Shown piece after piece: positions 51,431 through 64,000 of a DNA stretch of 64,000 nt. A program made the translations under genes and the position numbers. The stretch is from Octopus sinensis. Its lineage: Eukaryota. How positions within the stretch are numbered: position 1 is the first letter of the stretch; each line of letters opens with the position of its first letter. Under the pieces are notes generated by a model, which saw nothing but the letters and a program-made list of their open reading frames with translations, was not told the DNA's origin and ran no database searches. The stretch spans positions 1,984,001-2,048,000 of the forward strand of contig NC_043006.1 in NCBI RefSeq assembly GCF_006345805.1, in the 5' to 3' direction.

Positions 51431-52618
51431 CCTCCTTTTCGCTGCTTCTATTCGAAATCAAACTAAATTCTAAGGTAGAAAATTTTGGAGATTTTTTTTT
51501 TGTTTTCTTAAATTCGTTTACCTATTTATATATACTCTTGGAGTGGTTGGCATTAGGAAGGGCATCCAGTCATAGAAACCATGCCGAATCAGCCTAGAAT
51601 GTGGTGCGGCCTCTCAGCTTACCAGCCCTGGTCAAACCATCCAACCCATGCCAGTATGGACAATGGACGTTAAACGATAATGATGGTGAGGATCCATTCT
51701 CCATTAAAGATGGAACAAACTTTGGATATTGTTTGGATATCTGGGTATATATTAACTGCCGTTATTGATTTTCGAGCTTCGTTCTTCATTTAAAAATTTG
51801 TACAATTTAATGTATTACTCTTTTACTTGTTTCAGTCATTTGACTGTGGCCATGCTGGAGCACCGCCTTTAGTCGAGCAAAGCGACCCCAGGACTTATTC
51901 TTTGTTAGCCTTGTACTTATTCTACAGATTCTTTTGCCGAACCGCTAAGTTATGGAGACGTAAACATACCAGCGTCGGTTGTCAAGCGATGTTGCGGGGA
52001 CAAATACAGACACACAAACACACACATATGCATATATACGACGGGCTTCTTTCAGTTTCCGTCTACCAGATCCACTCACAAGGCTTTGGTTGGCCCGAAG
52101 CTATAGTAGAAGACACTTGCCCAAAGTGCCACACAGTGGGACTGAACCCAGAACCATGTGGTTGGTAAGCAAGTTACTTACCACACAGCCACTCCTGGAG
52201 GATTTCAGATAATTCAAAACAAAATAAATTTAGAAACTTCATTCTTACCAGCAAGATTTTTATGTTGTTGCCATAAGAATTTAGAAACTTCAGGAAGCCT
52301 TCAACATTTTTATCCAAAGGATTTTTTAACCCAATACGTCCATGCTATTCTTTATAGTTTTGTCTGCTTCAAGATTTACCATTCCAGAAAGGAATCTTAT
52401 TCATATTTCTGTTTCTATATTTAATGTAATTATCCTACCATATTTGGGTGTGTGTTTATACTGTTTTTCTTTTATGTCCTTGGGGCAAATAGCAGAAATC
52501 TATTTCTCTAATACAGTTTAAATACATTTTTTCCTTGGGCCAATTTTAAATGGTATTTTTTCAGTATTTTTTTTTTTTATTTAATTATTTAATTACTATT
52601 TTCTTTGTTTTTTTGCAG

Positions 52619-52696
52619 CACATTCAATCAGTCCAGTTTTTTATAATTAAAAAGTTAAAATACATTTGAGACTCAGAATTAGGTAACTATAGAAAA
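52619..52696 (+). pseudogene. Duplicated pseudo-exon of ATP13A exon 49894-49976, with TGG>TGA and loss of the natural donor
   Basis: Part of a near-identical copy (49504-49971 vs 52231-52696). TGA at 52667-52669; the copy breaks off 5 nt before the donor. Confidence 0.9.
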
Positions 52697-52713
52697 CTAT
52701 GCCATATGCCTGT

Positions 52714-52980
52714 GGGCATATGGTGTTGTGGTTAAGAGTGTGAGATACTAACTCCAAGATTCCGAGTTCGATTCCAGGCAGTGACCTGAATAATAATAAT
52801 AATAATATCGAAAAATACCTTAGGAACGAGAACCCAGGTTCGAAATTTCTCCAAGACACCTGATGAAGGCTGGAGGGTATATCAGCCGAAACGTTGTGTT
52901 AACAACAAACAAGATGATGACAAATATCTGTCAATTGTAAATAATGTACATAATTCCTCGTCTCTTAAATATAGAACTGT
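52714..52980 (+). mobile_element. tRNA-headed SINE-like element containing the hammerhead
   Basis: A-box-like TGGTGTTGTGG (52721), B-box GAGTTCGATTCC (52764), (AAT)n linker, then the hammerhead. An inverted copy of its first ~14 nt sits at 52697-52710. Confidence 0.7.
52855..52900 (+). ncRNA. Minimal type-I hammerhead ribozyme with an intact core
   Basis: GACAC-CUGAUGA-A-GGCUG(GAGGGUAUAU)CAGCC-GAA-ACGU-U/GUGUU. 5-bp stem I, 5-bp stem II, palindromic ACGU stem III. Confidence 0.8.
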
Positions 52981-53404
52981 ATGAAAATAATTTTAACAGT
53001 TGACTTTCCACTCTGCTAAACACTTTACTCAATTTATGTAATTTTTTTAAAAGAATTTTAAAAAATATTATCTCCCTTTATATTCAATGTTAGGTGGGAA
53101 ATGTTACATCCCTTCGTAAAATCGCTATTTTAAGGACTTCAGCAAAACGTTTTCCTTTTTGCCTTTTTTTTTTTGCAATATATATTTATCTGTTATAGTT
53201 TGTCTCTGACTCTAATTAGTGATGGAAATTTAATTTTACTGTTTATCAGGCATGATTATGGTTAAGTGTTCCCTTCACAACCCTTAGTTGTGGGTGAAGA
53301 ACAAGTGACTTTTGTATTATAGCTTTGGGTGAACCAGTATTATGTGAGTGGGAAAACGATGTATACTTAGGAAAAAATATAAACACATTTGTGAAGGATG
53401 TATA

Positions 53405-54330
53405 TCATCATCATCATCATTGTTTAACGTCCGCTTTCCATGTTAGCATGGGTTGGACGATTTGACTGAGGACTGATGAACCAGATGGCTGCACCAGGAT
53501 CCAATCTGATCTGGCAGTGTTTCTACAGCTGGATGCCCTTCCTAACGCCAACGAATCCGAGAGTGTAGTGGATGCTTTTATGTGCCACCAGCACGAGGGC
53601 CAGTCTGGCGGTACTGGCCATGGCTATGCTCAAATGGTGGTTTTTAAGTACCACCTGCACAGGAGTCAGTCCAGTGGCACTAGCAATGACCTCACTCGAA
53701 TGTTTTGTTCACGTGCTAGTAGGGCGACGCAGGTAACGGTCACGCTCAAATGGTGCCAAACATCTGCTCTGGCAGTGATCCCGCTCGGATGGATCCACAG
53801 AGCTCCACTGGCATCGAATTTGGTTCAATCTCGATTTCACCTGCCCCAACAGGTGTTTGCAAGCAGAGTTTAGAGCCCAAAGAAGGAAGGTTGGTGCCAG
53901 TCAAATTTGGTTCGATTTCAAATTCAATTTCGATTTTGATTTCACTTACCTCAACAGGTCTTCGCAAGCAGAGTTTTGTGTCCAAAGGAAAGGAACTCAT
54001 AAGTAGGCTGGCTACACCCCTGGTAAAGGCCACGGGTTATGGTCTCACTTGTCTTGCCGGGTCTTCTCATGCACAGCATATTTCCAAAGGTCTCGGTCAC
54101 TAGTCATTGCCTCGGTGAGGCCTCATGTTCGGAGGTCATGCTTCACCACCTCATCCCAGGTTTCCTTGGGTCTACCTCTTCCACAAGTTCCCTCAACCAC
54201 TAGGGTGTGGCACTTTTTCACACAGTTATCCTCATCCATTCTCGCCACATGACCAATTGTCTCTTTTGCACACCACAACTGATGCTTCTTAGGTCCAACT
54301 TATCTCTCAAGGTACTTACACTCTGTCGCG
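53405..54330 (-). mobile_element. RTE LINE 3' end (C-terminus, 3'UTR and tail)
   Basis: Colinear with 7418-8300. Confidence 0.9.
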
Positions 54331-54459
54331 TACTTACCAGACAAAATATAAACACATTTGTGAAGGATGTATACTTAAGAAAAAAATATAGCCTTCAATG
54401 AAAGATTTAGAGATTGACAAAGGATTTAAGCATCAGTGAAGAATGATAATAATAATAAT

Positions 54460-54790
54460 GAATTTATTGTATGCAATGCTCAGATGTGCAACAACTCACC
54501 AGAAAAAGTAGCCAAAAAGTGCATGAACAGTAGATAGAATAATGGACAGGATGTGGACAGTGAATGAGTTGTTTAAGAAAAAAAATTATAAAGATGGGGT
54601 TTGGGTCGGAGCCTCAGGTATACTGGTAGAAAATTTCAGGAAGCATGAAGGTTTTGAAGGATGCAGTGTTCTGACAGCTAACAACTGATGCAGGTAGTTT
54701 ATTCCATGCTTCAGCAATTCTGAGCCTGAGAAAAAATGTTTTCGAAAGTCATCGGTGCTGTGTTGTTTTTTTTATTCTGTAAACATGTCT
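54460..54790 (-). mobile_element. CR1-like LINE 3' fragment. Related pieces at about 11040-11520(-) and 57620-57900(-); an RT piece at about 57910-58200(-)
   Basis: IAEAWNKLPASVVSCQNTASFKTF and NLFPFRNRIKKLWNTL resemble the CR1 C-terminus; TPGLDSIAYLLLK...PTMWKMTSII resembles the RT N-terminus. Confidence 0.7.
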
Positions 54791-54935
54791 ACGATTGTTA
54801 GACATATGGAATTCAAAAACGGTGCCCAATACATATTTACATGGACACAGATGTACACACACACACACACACACACACAAACTTACTTGTACTTACGCAT
54901 ATATGACTTATTCTATTTTTTTCTCTCTCTTTCAG

Positions 54936-55005
54936 TCGCAATTTGTATGGTGAAAACTCAATTCCTATCCACGTAACACCCATCATCGTTTTATTATTTA
55001 AAGAG
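54936..55005 (+). CDS. ATP13A3: ATP13A-like exon (RNLYGENSIPIHVTPIIVLLFKE)
   Basis: 70 nt, phase 2-0, ctctttcAG/GTatct. Carries the R..YG.N.I motif. Confidence 0.93.
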
Positions 55006-57423
55006 GTATCTCTCTCTCTCTCTCCACAATGCCAAACTGCAGCTTGCAGGCAAACAAGCAAAGCATGTACATTGAGTTTGTGTGTTTGACCATATTTACA
55101 ACCCTAGCACTGCTTCTAGTTCCTATTTGGATTTATTCTTGTGTATGTATCACTGGGGCATACCAGCAAATGTTTTTTTCACATTATTTGCTATAGTCAT
55201 GGACTGGTGAAATATTGATGGCCATCACTTCTGAATGGGATTTAGGGTGAGTTGTCTTGTCTGTCTGTGGCTTTCAGGTGTTTTAAACACTTTCATGGAG
55301 TCATCTCCGCTGTGCCATCTCGCAGCCTACCAGCAAACAACCAAGACACTTACTTTGACTATGTGTTTAATAATACAACACTAGCTCTACTTATTTCTCG
55401 CATTTGAATATATCCATCTTTCTATCAGTCTGTCTATTTGTCTGTCTGTCTTCCTATGTGTCTATCTACCAACCGTCCTTCCTTCCTTCTTCCCTCCCTC
55501 CCTCCCTTTCTTTCTTCCTTCCTTCCTTCCTTTTGTTATCATTAACGATAGTTACAAGTATGTCATATAATGTGTCAGAAAAATTATCAAAAAATCAGCC
55601 CTTTTGATACCCACCTGAGACTACTTCTCGTTCTATGATACAAAATGTCTTGTGTGATTTAAACATGATTTATCCCATTAGCATTTAAGCTGGCTATGTC
55701 CAGCTCGGATAGTCTACTTGTTTTATGGTCAAACTGTCCAGGTCTGGCCTCTCACACCTACCCTACAACATCATTCTAAAAATAAACTATCACCTCATTG
55801 AAATCTCGAAGCTATGAGATAATGCATGATTGATTTATAACAATGTGAATAAATAAGCCTCATTTCTGACTGATTAATCCGAAAGCTTAAAGATTAATGA
55901 AGTTCCATGTAATAACCTCGAATAAAAGCTCCAGTTATGTTTTTGATACTCACAACAGGGCAATAAATTGGTCGAGTCATTCGAGCATCAGGTAAAATGC
56001 CTTCTATTTTGGCTCAGTGTGTTCCGAGTTCAAATTATGGCATGGTCAGCTTTGCTTTTCATCCTTCTAGGGGGTCGATGAATCAGTAGAGCATTGGACA
56101 AGATGCATTATACTACCTGCTGCAGCTTTTTGCCTGCTGAGTTCAAATTGTGCTGTGGTCTACATACGTGGTACACTTAGCCATAAGTTCCAATGCTATC
56201 CCTTAGCCCCTGGGTACCCATTGTAGGTTTCATTCTGTTGCAAGCATCATTCAAGCCAGATCTGCAGTTTGAAGATATTTTACTTAGCAAGTCATTCATC
56301 ACAATTTTGACAAATACAATTTAGCCTGTGCTTTCCTGAGGAGGTGAAATAAAACTGAAACCTGTCTGGAGTCGCCTTCCATCCTTGCCAGAAATAAGGG
56401 TTTCGAATTTTGGCACAGGACCAGCAGTTTTTGAGTGTTGGGTGGGGGTTAGTCAATTACATTGACCCCAGTATTTGACTGGTACATATTTTATTGACTC
56501 TGACAGGATAAAAGGGCAAAGTCAACCTCAATGGAATTTGAATTCAGAATGTGTAAACAGATGAAATGCTGCTAAACATTTTGTCTGGCATGCTAATAGT
56601 TTTGGCAAGTCACTACCTTATCCTTGCCAGAAATACTGACATTAATAACAGCCATTGACTATCATCATTTAAAAAAAAAAACACGTATGGTTTTCCTCTG
56701 GCATTAACCGTTTATATGGGCAAGTTAACTGTCTCCTCACAACATGTGATCAGATCAGAATTTTGAATTTGAAATTGAGAGATTGTGAGGAATTTGATAG
56801 CTATAGTTTATATATTCAATCTTTTTGTCTAGCACAATGTTCTTACAATTTAGTATAGTACTATTTATTTCCAGATTGTTCTTTATTGCTGTCAGAATTA
56901 AATATGTTAATATTAATTTGACATTAATACAACTCTGGTACTTGTCTGCTAGTTTATCACCTTTGGATAGCTGAATGGTAAAGTTGGTCTCAGCGTGATT
57001 TGAACCTACAACATAAAGAGCTAGAAGAAATACTCCAAGGCATTTTATCCAATGCTATAAGGATTCTGCCAACTTGCTGCTATTGTTGTGTAGCAAAAAA
57101 AAAAAAATGGTTTCAAATTTTGCCTCAAGAGCAGCCATTTTGAAGGAGGGGATGAGTCGATTACACTGACCCCCAGTGTATAACTGGTACTTGTTTTATC
57201 GACCCTGGAAAGATGAAAGGCAATGTGGACCTTGGCAGAATTTGAACTCAGATTGGAGTACCACTAAGCATTTTGCCTAGCGTGTTAATGATTCCCCCAG
57301 CTCATTGCCTTAATAATAATAATAATAATAATAATAATGATGATAGCAATGGAGTTGTTATTCTTACTGCCGTTGTTTAATGTTCTCACTACAACCTTTC
57401 TCTTTTCCTTTCTCTCTTTTTAG

Positions 57424-57558
57424 ATCCTCAGTCCATTCTATGTATTCCAGTTATTCAGCATCATCCTGTGGATGATAGATGAATACGTCTACTACGCCTC
57501 CAGTATACTCATCATCTCTGTTGTGTCCATAAGTACTGCCATTTACCAAACAAGAAAA
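57424..57558 (+). CDS. ATP13A3: ATP13A-like exon, TM1-TM2 ([45 protein letters not shown])
   Basis: 135 nt, phase 0-0. L.PFY.FQLFS..LW..DEY.YYA is the diagnostic P5B signature. Confidence 0.97.
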
Positions 57559-59180
57559 GTAAATTTGCCTTTTTTATTTCCCTTCTTATAATTCTGTCAG
57601 ATATTAAATAAATGTTTGTAGTCGAGGGGAGCAAAAAGCAGCGATAGATTACGTAAATAAAGACAGCACTGGAAACCTAAAGTGCCTGCACAAACCATCA
57701 AGAGAGACAGAAAAATACAGAGTAAAAGAGAAAGCCATAAAGATGAAAGCGTGCATAAGTATATGAGGAGCAGTGTTGGTGAATTTTGGGAGGCAAGAAG
57801 TTTTTGAAGGGTGTAGTGTCCTTGACTGCTAACAACCAATGCAAGTAGTTTGTTCCATGTTTTGACCTTTCTGAGCTTGAAAAAAACTTTATAAAATCAT
57901 GAGCTGTTTTTAGTTAATTGGCTGATTATATGAGCTCACTTTTTTTTTTAAACAGAGGATAATGCTGGTCATTTTCCACATTGTGGGGTTACACAGTTGT
58001 TTAGGCAACATTTGAAAAGTAGTGAAAGAGCCCACTACATCTGAGAGTTTGAGAAGTAGATAAGCAATACTATCGAGGCCAGGAGTGGCATAGTCGTGCA
58101 TATGCTTGAGGTGGCGTTGCAGTATTGGAAGAGTAAATTGAACCGATGTTATGGAATTTGATGCTATTGGAAGTGAAAGGCAAAGGGAGATAAGCAAGTG
58201 CACGAGTCTTAAATTCGGACCTTTTATTCACTTCCTCTGTTTTTTTTTTAATGAAAATGAAAAAGGAAAACATTCAATAAATACAGAAGTTAAAGAAGAA
58301 ATATTTGATAAGTAAACTATTTAGATTTTAGCTTGATCTCGTATCTCTGTAATAGTTTTAATTTTTTTTTTCAGTAAATATTTTATAATATTTTTCTCAA
58401 ATAAACTGTCTTTTAAAACTGTAATTAAATGACTATTAAGATCACTTTTTTTTTCTTTCTTTTTTTTTCCACATTTTCTCTTAAAATATTTCAGAGTTCG
58501 AGTTTGGTGTTCTGAGTTTTTGGTTATTCAAATCTTTCGATATTCTGAGTTTTCAGACTTTTGAAGTTTGGGCTTCTTGCATTCAGCCCTTATCACTCCA
58601 AACCACACTCACACATGGTGGATGTCACCTTGTGACTGAGTAAGACCACTTCCCAATCTCAGTAAGACTATGTAAATGTTCCAATGTATGCATATGTTGT
58701 GGAGGCACATGGCCTAGTGGTTAGAGTAGCGGACTCGTGCTTGAGGGATCGCGGGTTCGAATCTCAGACCGGGCGATGTGTGTGTTTATGAGCGAAACAC
58801 CTAAGCTCCAGGCGGCTCCGGCAGAAGGTAATGGCGAACTTCTGCTGACTCTTTCGCCACAACTTTCTCTCACTCCTTCTTCCTGCATCTTGCAGCTCAC
58901 CTGCGACGGACCGGCATCCTGTTGAAGGAAACTGGGAAAGTGGCCCTTATGAGCCAGGCATGGCTCAAGAAGGAACAAAATATACATATGTTGTACACTG
59001 ACTCTCTCTGTTGAAGCTTTGTGAGAGGATTTCATTGATAGAAACTGAAAGAAGCCCTCACTTATAAATGCCCTTCTGTATTTTGAGAAGTTCCCACATT
59101 CCTGTGGATGAAAGTGGTTCTGGAGAGAGTGACAAAAACATCAGTGGAATGTCTGTTATAATAGGATCTGTGAAGATTAA

Positions 59181-59288
59181 CCTTTAGCACACTGTAGGTG
59201 CATCCTGTCACCATATGTGTTTTCTCCCCTGTAGTAACAGAGCAGTGGCAGGAGAAACAATTCTAGAGGGAATGAAGTGTGCTAAAGG
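59181..59288. mobile_element. 108-bp piggyBac-like MITE
   Basis: 13-bp TIR CCTTTAGCACACT; TTAA on both sides; the paralogous empty site has a single TTAA at 60737-60740. Confidence 0.85.
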
Positions 59289-60004
59289 TTAATTTTTTAC
59301 CAATAATTGAATAAACAAAGCAGTTATTCCTAACAATTTTATTACAGTTTGCTTCCCTTATCTAACTTCCTTCACATGAACAAGTAGAAGAGCTGCTTTG
59401 GCAGCCTCTTGTCCTGTATGTAGACATGGTGTCCAGGCATTAGTAATATGGTTTCAAATTTTGCCACAAGGGAGCCATATTAGGGGAGGGGATGGGTCGA
59501 TTACATTGACCCCAGTGTTCAACTGGTACTTGTTTTATTGACCCTGAAAGATTGAAAGGCAAGGTTGACTTCACTGGAATTTGAACTCAGAGTGAAATAC
59601 CTATTTCTTTACTACCCACAAGGGGCTAAACATAAAGAGGACAAACAAGGACAGACAAACGGATTAAGTCGATTATATCGACCCCAGTGCGTAACTGGTA
59701 CTTATTTAATCGACCCCGAAAGGATGAAAGGCAAAGTTGACCTCGGCGGAATTTGAACTCAGAACGTAACGGCAGATGAAATACTGCTAAGCATTTCGTC
59801 CAGCATGCTAACCACTCTGCCAGCTCACTGCCTTTCAGACATTAGTAACATGCTAGGTGTTTCTAGTTGTGGGGGTTAGCTATCCCTTCCTTGAATGTTC
59901 TGGATTAATTAAGGAAGAAGTGAATATCAATTAGCTGAGGTAATTGTTTATTGTAAAACTCTTGTTATTTATTTATTTTTGTTTTTGTTTTTCTTTCTCT
60001 ACAG

Positions 60005-60068
60005 ATGCAGCGTGCTCTCCGTAACACCATCCATTCTTCTGCTATAGTCACAGTATGCAGAGATAACA
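60005..60068 (+). CDS. ATP13A3: ATP13A-like exon (MQRALRNTIHSSAIVTVCRDN+A); gene continues beyond the window
   Basis: 64 nt, phase 0-1, ttctctacAG/GTaagt. Matches L..M......V.VCR; the expected LVPGD exon was not found before 64000. Confidence 0.9.
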
Positions 60069-60879
60069 GTAAGTTGACCCTCATTCTGTTCACATTGTCT
60101 CTTAAATTTGCTGGGTTTCCCCCCCCCCCTCTCTGCATATTCGTCCCCAGCTACTTCCCTTCCCTGAGCAGCTTACCCTCATTCTTACCCCTTTCTTAAT
60201 CTTCAACACTCAATACTTTTCCCTCCGTCCCACATTCTCTTGCTTCCAGTCCATCCTCTTCTCCAAACCCTGCTTAACTCCTTCGTCCAACCTCAACTGA
60301 AATTCTTTTCTTCAACTTTCAATTCCCTCAAATCTTTCCCAGCTTCTTCTTTTTGTTTGTTTGTATTGCTGTTTTGATTTCTGTTGTTGTTTTTGTTTTT
60401 TTTTTGGCGGGGAATCAAGATTCTATTTACATCAGTTATTTAAAAAAAAAAAAATCTTAATTTGCCAATAATATTTATTAAATGTTAAATATCTATTTCT
60501 AGCTATTAATACATTTAATTTCTATTTTATTTTATTCTTTGCCTTATCTTTTTTTTTCTCCCAAATCTGAAGAATATTTCTTCTGCGTGTTGCTGCGATG
60601 ATGCATGGTTCTCCAATCACTCATAAAAGCCCTTCTGTATTTTGAGAAGTACCCTCATTCCTGTGGATGAAAGTGGTTCTGGAGAGAGTGACAGAAACTT
60701 CAGTGGAATGTCTAATTACAATAGGATCTGTCAAAGTTAATTGTTTACAAACAATTAAATAAACAAAGCAGTTAGTCATAACAATTTTAATCCAATTTCT
60801 TCCCCCCCTCTAACTTCCTCCGCCTGAACAAGTTTACGTCTTTGCTACTGTTGTAGTCGCATTTATGTATATCTTATGA

Positions 60880-61300
60880 ACTTGCTACTCTTAAAGTCAT
60901 ATATATGAGTATCATAGAACCAATTTATGATTGTCTTCTATACTTATTACTCTTACAGACACATAGGACTATCTTATATATTTACTACTCATTGGCCATA
61001 TACGATTGTCATACATTTACTACTCATCAGTCATATAATAGTATCATGTATTTAGTACTCTTACAGTCATACACGGCTGTTCTTTTAAATAGTTACTACT
61101 CATCATATAGTCGTATCATATATTAACTACTCTTACCGTCATATAGGAGCGTCATACATTTAGTACTCATCATTCACACAAGAGTATCATATATTTGCTA
61201 TAGTCAAATATATATGAGTGTCTCATATATTCATTACTCTACTACTCGTACAATCATATTGGGGTTTCATATATATTTACTACAGGGGTATCATATATAT
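60880..61300. repeat. Degenerate minisatellite with a unit of about 36-40 bp; more units at about 61800-61990
   Basis: Recurrent TATCATATATTTACTACTCTTACAGTCATAT-like unit. Confidence 0.7.
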
Positions 61301-63145
61301 ATATATATATTGTATAATTCAGAGCAGTTTGATTTCAGATTCCAAATAAAACTGTTTTGAATTGTACAGGTAACTTCCAATAAATGTGTTAAGTGACCTT
61401 TCTTTCATTTGTCCACTTATATATATATTTATCATCAGTAGTTCGTAGACCCCCAAAAAGAAACAAACTCTAAAGTATTAGAGCAGTAATATATATTTTT
61501 TAGGATGGCAAAGTTATGGCTGCTCATAGAATTATCCTTGGTTTTGCATCACCTGTACTGATAAGCACTTATAGGTGCAAAATTAGTGGTCACTCTATGA
61601 CTGGGCATAACATTTGACTTGCTAAAATACATATGAGTGTGTGTGTGTGTGTGTGTGTGTGTATGGTAGCTCGAAAGCCGCACACCAGTAAAATAATCCT
61701 TTGCCATAACATCTTCATGTTTGTTGATGTTCCTCCTTAATCATACTTTTCCTCATTATTAGGGTGGTGCGTGACTTTTGTGTCACCCTGTATACACACA
61801 CATCTATATATACTATTCATCAGTCACACAAGCGTATACTTTATATATTTGCTACTCTGACAGACTTATAGGAGTATCCTATATAATTATTACACTTACA
61901 GTTATATAGGAGTATGATTTATTTAATTAGCACTCTGAGTGTCATTTAGGAGTATCTTGCAGTTTTTTAGTCTTTCAATTTTAAAAGTATTTCTACTCTT
62001 AGTGTTTCACATAATTTTAGCGAGATAATTAGATGTCTTTCAAGCTAGATAATTAATTAGATGTCTTTCAAGTGAGATAATTAATTAGATGTCTTTCAAC
62101 TTTGAGATACGCAACTTCGTTTATCTTTCCCAAGCCTGTGAAGTGATATGGTCTTTAATCATCATGTGTGTATGTGTGTGTGCATGCATGTATGTGTGTG
62201 TGTGTATACACATATACATATATTTCTGTAAATGTATAAAATGTATATCTATATGTGTGTATGCGTTTGTATGTGTGTGTGTATGTATATATATCTATAA
62301 TGTATGCATAAATGTATCTATCTATTTACTGATCTAACTAGAATACCTATAAACACAGAAAATGTAACCCCCAAAGATTTTTAGAGACCTTGGCTACACG
62401 AAATAGTCTGGTAGTGATGGTTTTTATGTTAGGCACGATGCCAAAGAATTACAGGAGGTTACCAGTTGATTAAATCAACTCCCGTATTTAACTGGTACTA
62501 ACGAAAATAATAACATGAACTAGGAAACAGCCTTGGTATTTTGTGCCAATGTCTGGTGTTATTGGTAAATTTTTTTAAGCATATTATGTAATCTTGCTTT
62601 TTTTAGACGTATATCAAAGTTGTTTGTTTCTCTTTACCGTAAAAACTGTCTTCATAAATCTTACTCCTGAGCAACAATCAAGGTTGTTTATTTCTCTGTA
62701 AATTATTTCAAGTTATTTTAGTTTAGTTTTTTGGCATGCTTTCTGCTAAATAGTGCAACTTGGCTAATTTAGAGGATTTATTTTTTGAAATCTGCAGCTG
62801 TATTTACAACAGGGCAGGGAACGTTGAATCATATCATCACCATTATTGTTTAACGTATGCTCTTCCATACTTGCATTGGAAAGGCAGAATTTCTGTGGTC
62901 AGATGCCCTTCTTGTTGATCATCATTTGTACGTTGGACAGAATGCTTGGCAATGTTTCTTCCAGCTCTTTACATTCTGGGTTCAAATTCCGACAAAGTCA
63001 ACTTCACTTTTCATTGTTTTGAAGTTGATAAAATAAGTACCAGTTAAGCACAGGGGTTGATTTAATTGACTTACCCACTCCAGTAAAATTGCTGGCCTAG
63101 TTCCAAAATTTGAAACTGTTATTCTAATTATTATTATCATCATCA

Positions 63146-63199
<54 letters not shown>

Positions 63200-64000
63200 G
63201 TCCTAGTGGTTAGATTTTTGCACTCATATTTGCCAGCTCAAGGTTTCAATTCCTTGATCAGACGGTGCATTGTGTTCTTGAGCAAAGCGCTTCATCTCGT
63301 GTTGCTCTGGAATCACTTAGATACCTGACGCGTGGTACACCTGTTCAGGCAACATTGATTTGATGGAGGGAGTGCGCTAATATACCTCATATACATTTGA
63401 TTACTATAAACAAACCATTTGTGCAGGTTATTCAGCAAAAGCCAAACACTCATAAATCATATTCAATAGGAGAGTCCATCATTATTATTATTATTATTAT
63501 TATTGAGTGAGAGAGCAGTGCATGCCATCAAAGTGACACTGGGGTAAAATATACAAAGCCCAGTATACCCGTCAGGACTACCCGTTTGATAAGGGTACAC
63601 CAGGCACATGCATCACAACCATATGTGCATGACATGGTGATCTCATATCAAGATAAACAGCGCATGACCTTGCAGGTGGGGCCCAGTTAGAATTTTCTTC
63701 AGGTCAAGTAGCCCACCCTACTCAAAAGGTCCCTGAATAAAGATTGTTTAAGGATGTTGAACGAAACACCCATGTTTCCAAAGGTGATCTTGGTCAACAA
63801 TCTGTGGAAAATGAAAGCGAATAATAAATGATCATCGCCATCGTTTTACATTCAATTTCTTCCTTACTATCATAGGTTAGGCAAGTTTTTCTGAAGTAGT
63901 GTTTTGTGGCAGGATTCTCTGCCTGTTACCAAACATTTTAGTCGACTTTTACAACATGCAGCCATACAATAGCCATTGTAAAACCAAGACACACATGGTT

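Noticed and set aside
52714-52786. Functional tRNA gene
   Set aside because: No complete cloverleaf; tRNA-like heads here and in families A-C are SINE promoters.

Overview
This is AT-rich eukaryotic genomic DNA, dense in (TA)n/(TG)n/(CAT)n microsatellites and retroelements; the repeat landscape looks cephalopod (Octopus-like), which is an inference. The only well-supported host gene is the 5' part of a + strand P5B-type ATPase (ATP13A2/3-like). Ten GT-AG exons (21770-60068) splice in frame into the N-terminal and TM1-2 region, and the gene continues past the window end. The rest is mostly transposable elements: RTE-clade LINEs with a PHD-like insert and a hairpin VNTR in the 3'UTR, CR1 and mariner remnants, Helitrons (one with a PIF1-helicase fragment), MITEs and at least three tRNA-derived SINE families. 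The most notable signal is 11 minimal type-I hammerhead-ribozyme-like motifs, read by eye and not tested. They include a 650-bp palindrome built from a 337-nt retrozyme/Penelope-like monomer and a tRNA-headed SINE carrying an intact hammerhead core. Two local templated copies were also found: a nonsense-bearing duplicate of an ATP13A exon, and a LINE tail plus its unique flank copied 24.5 kb away. Nearly all ORFs in the supplied track are microsatellite or TE artefacts.
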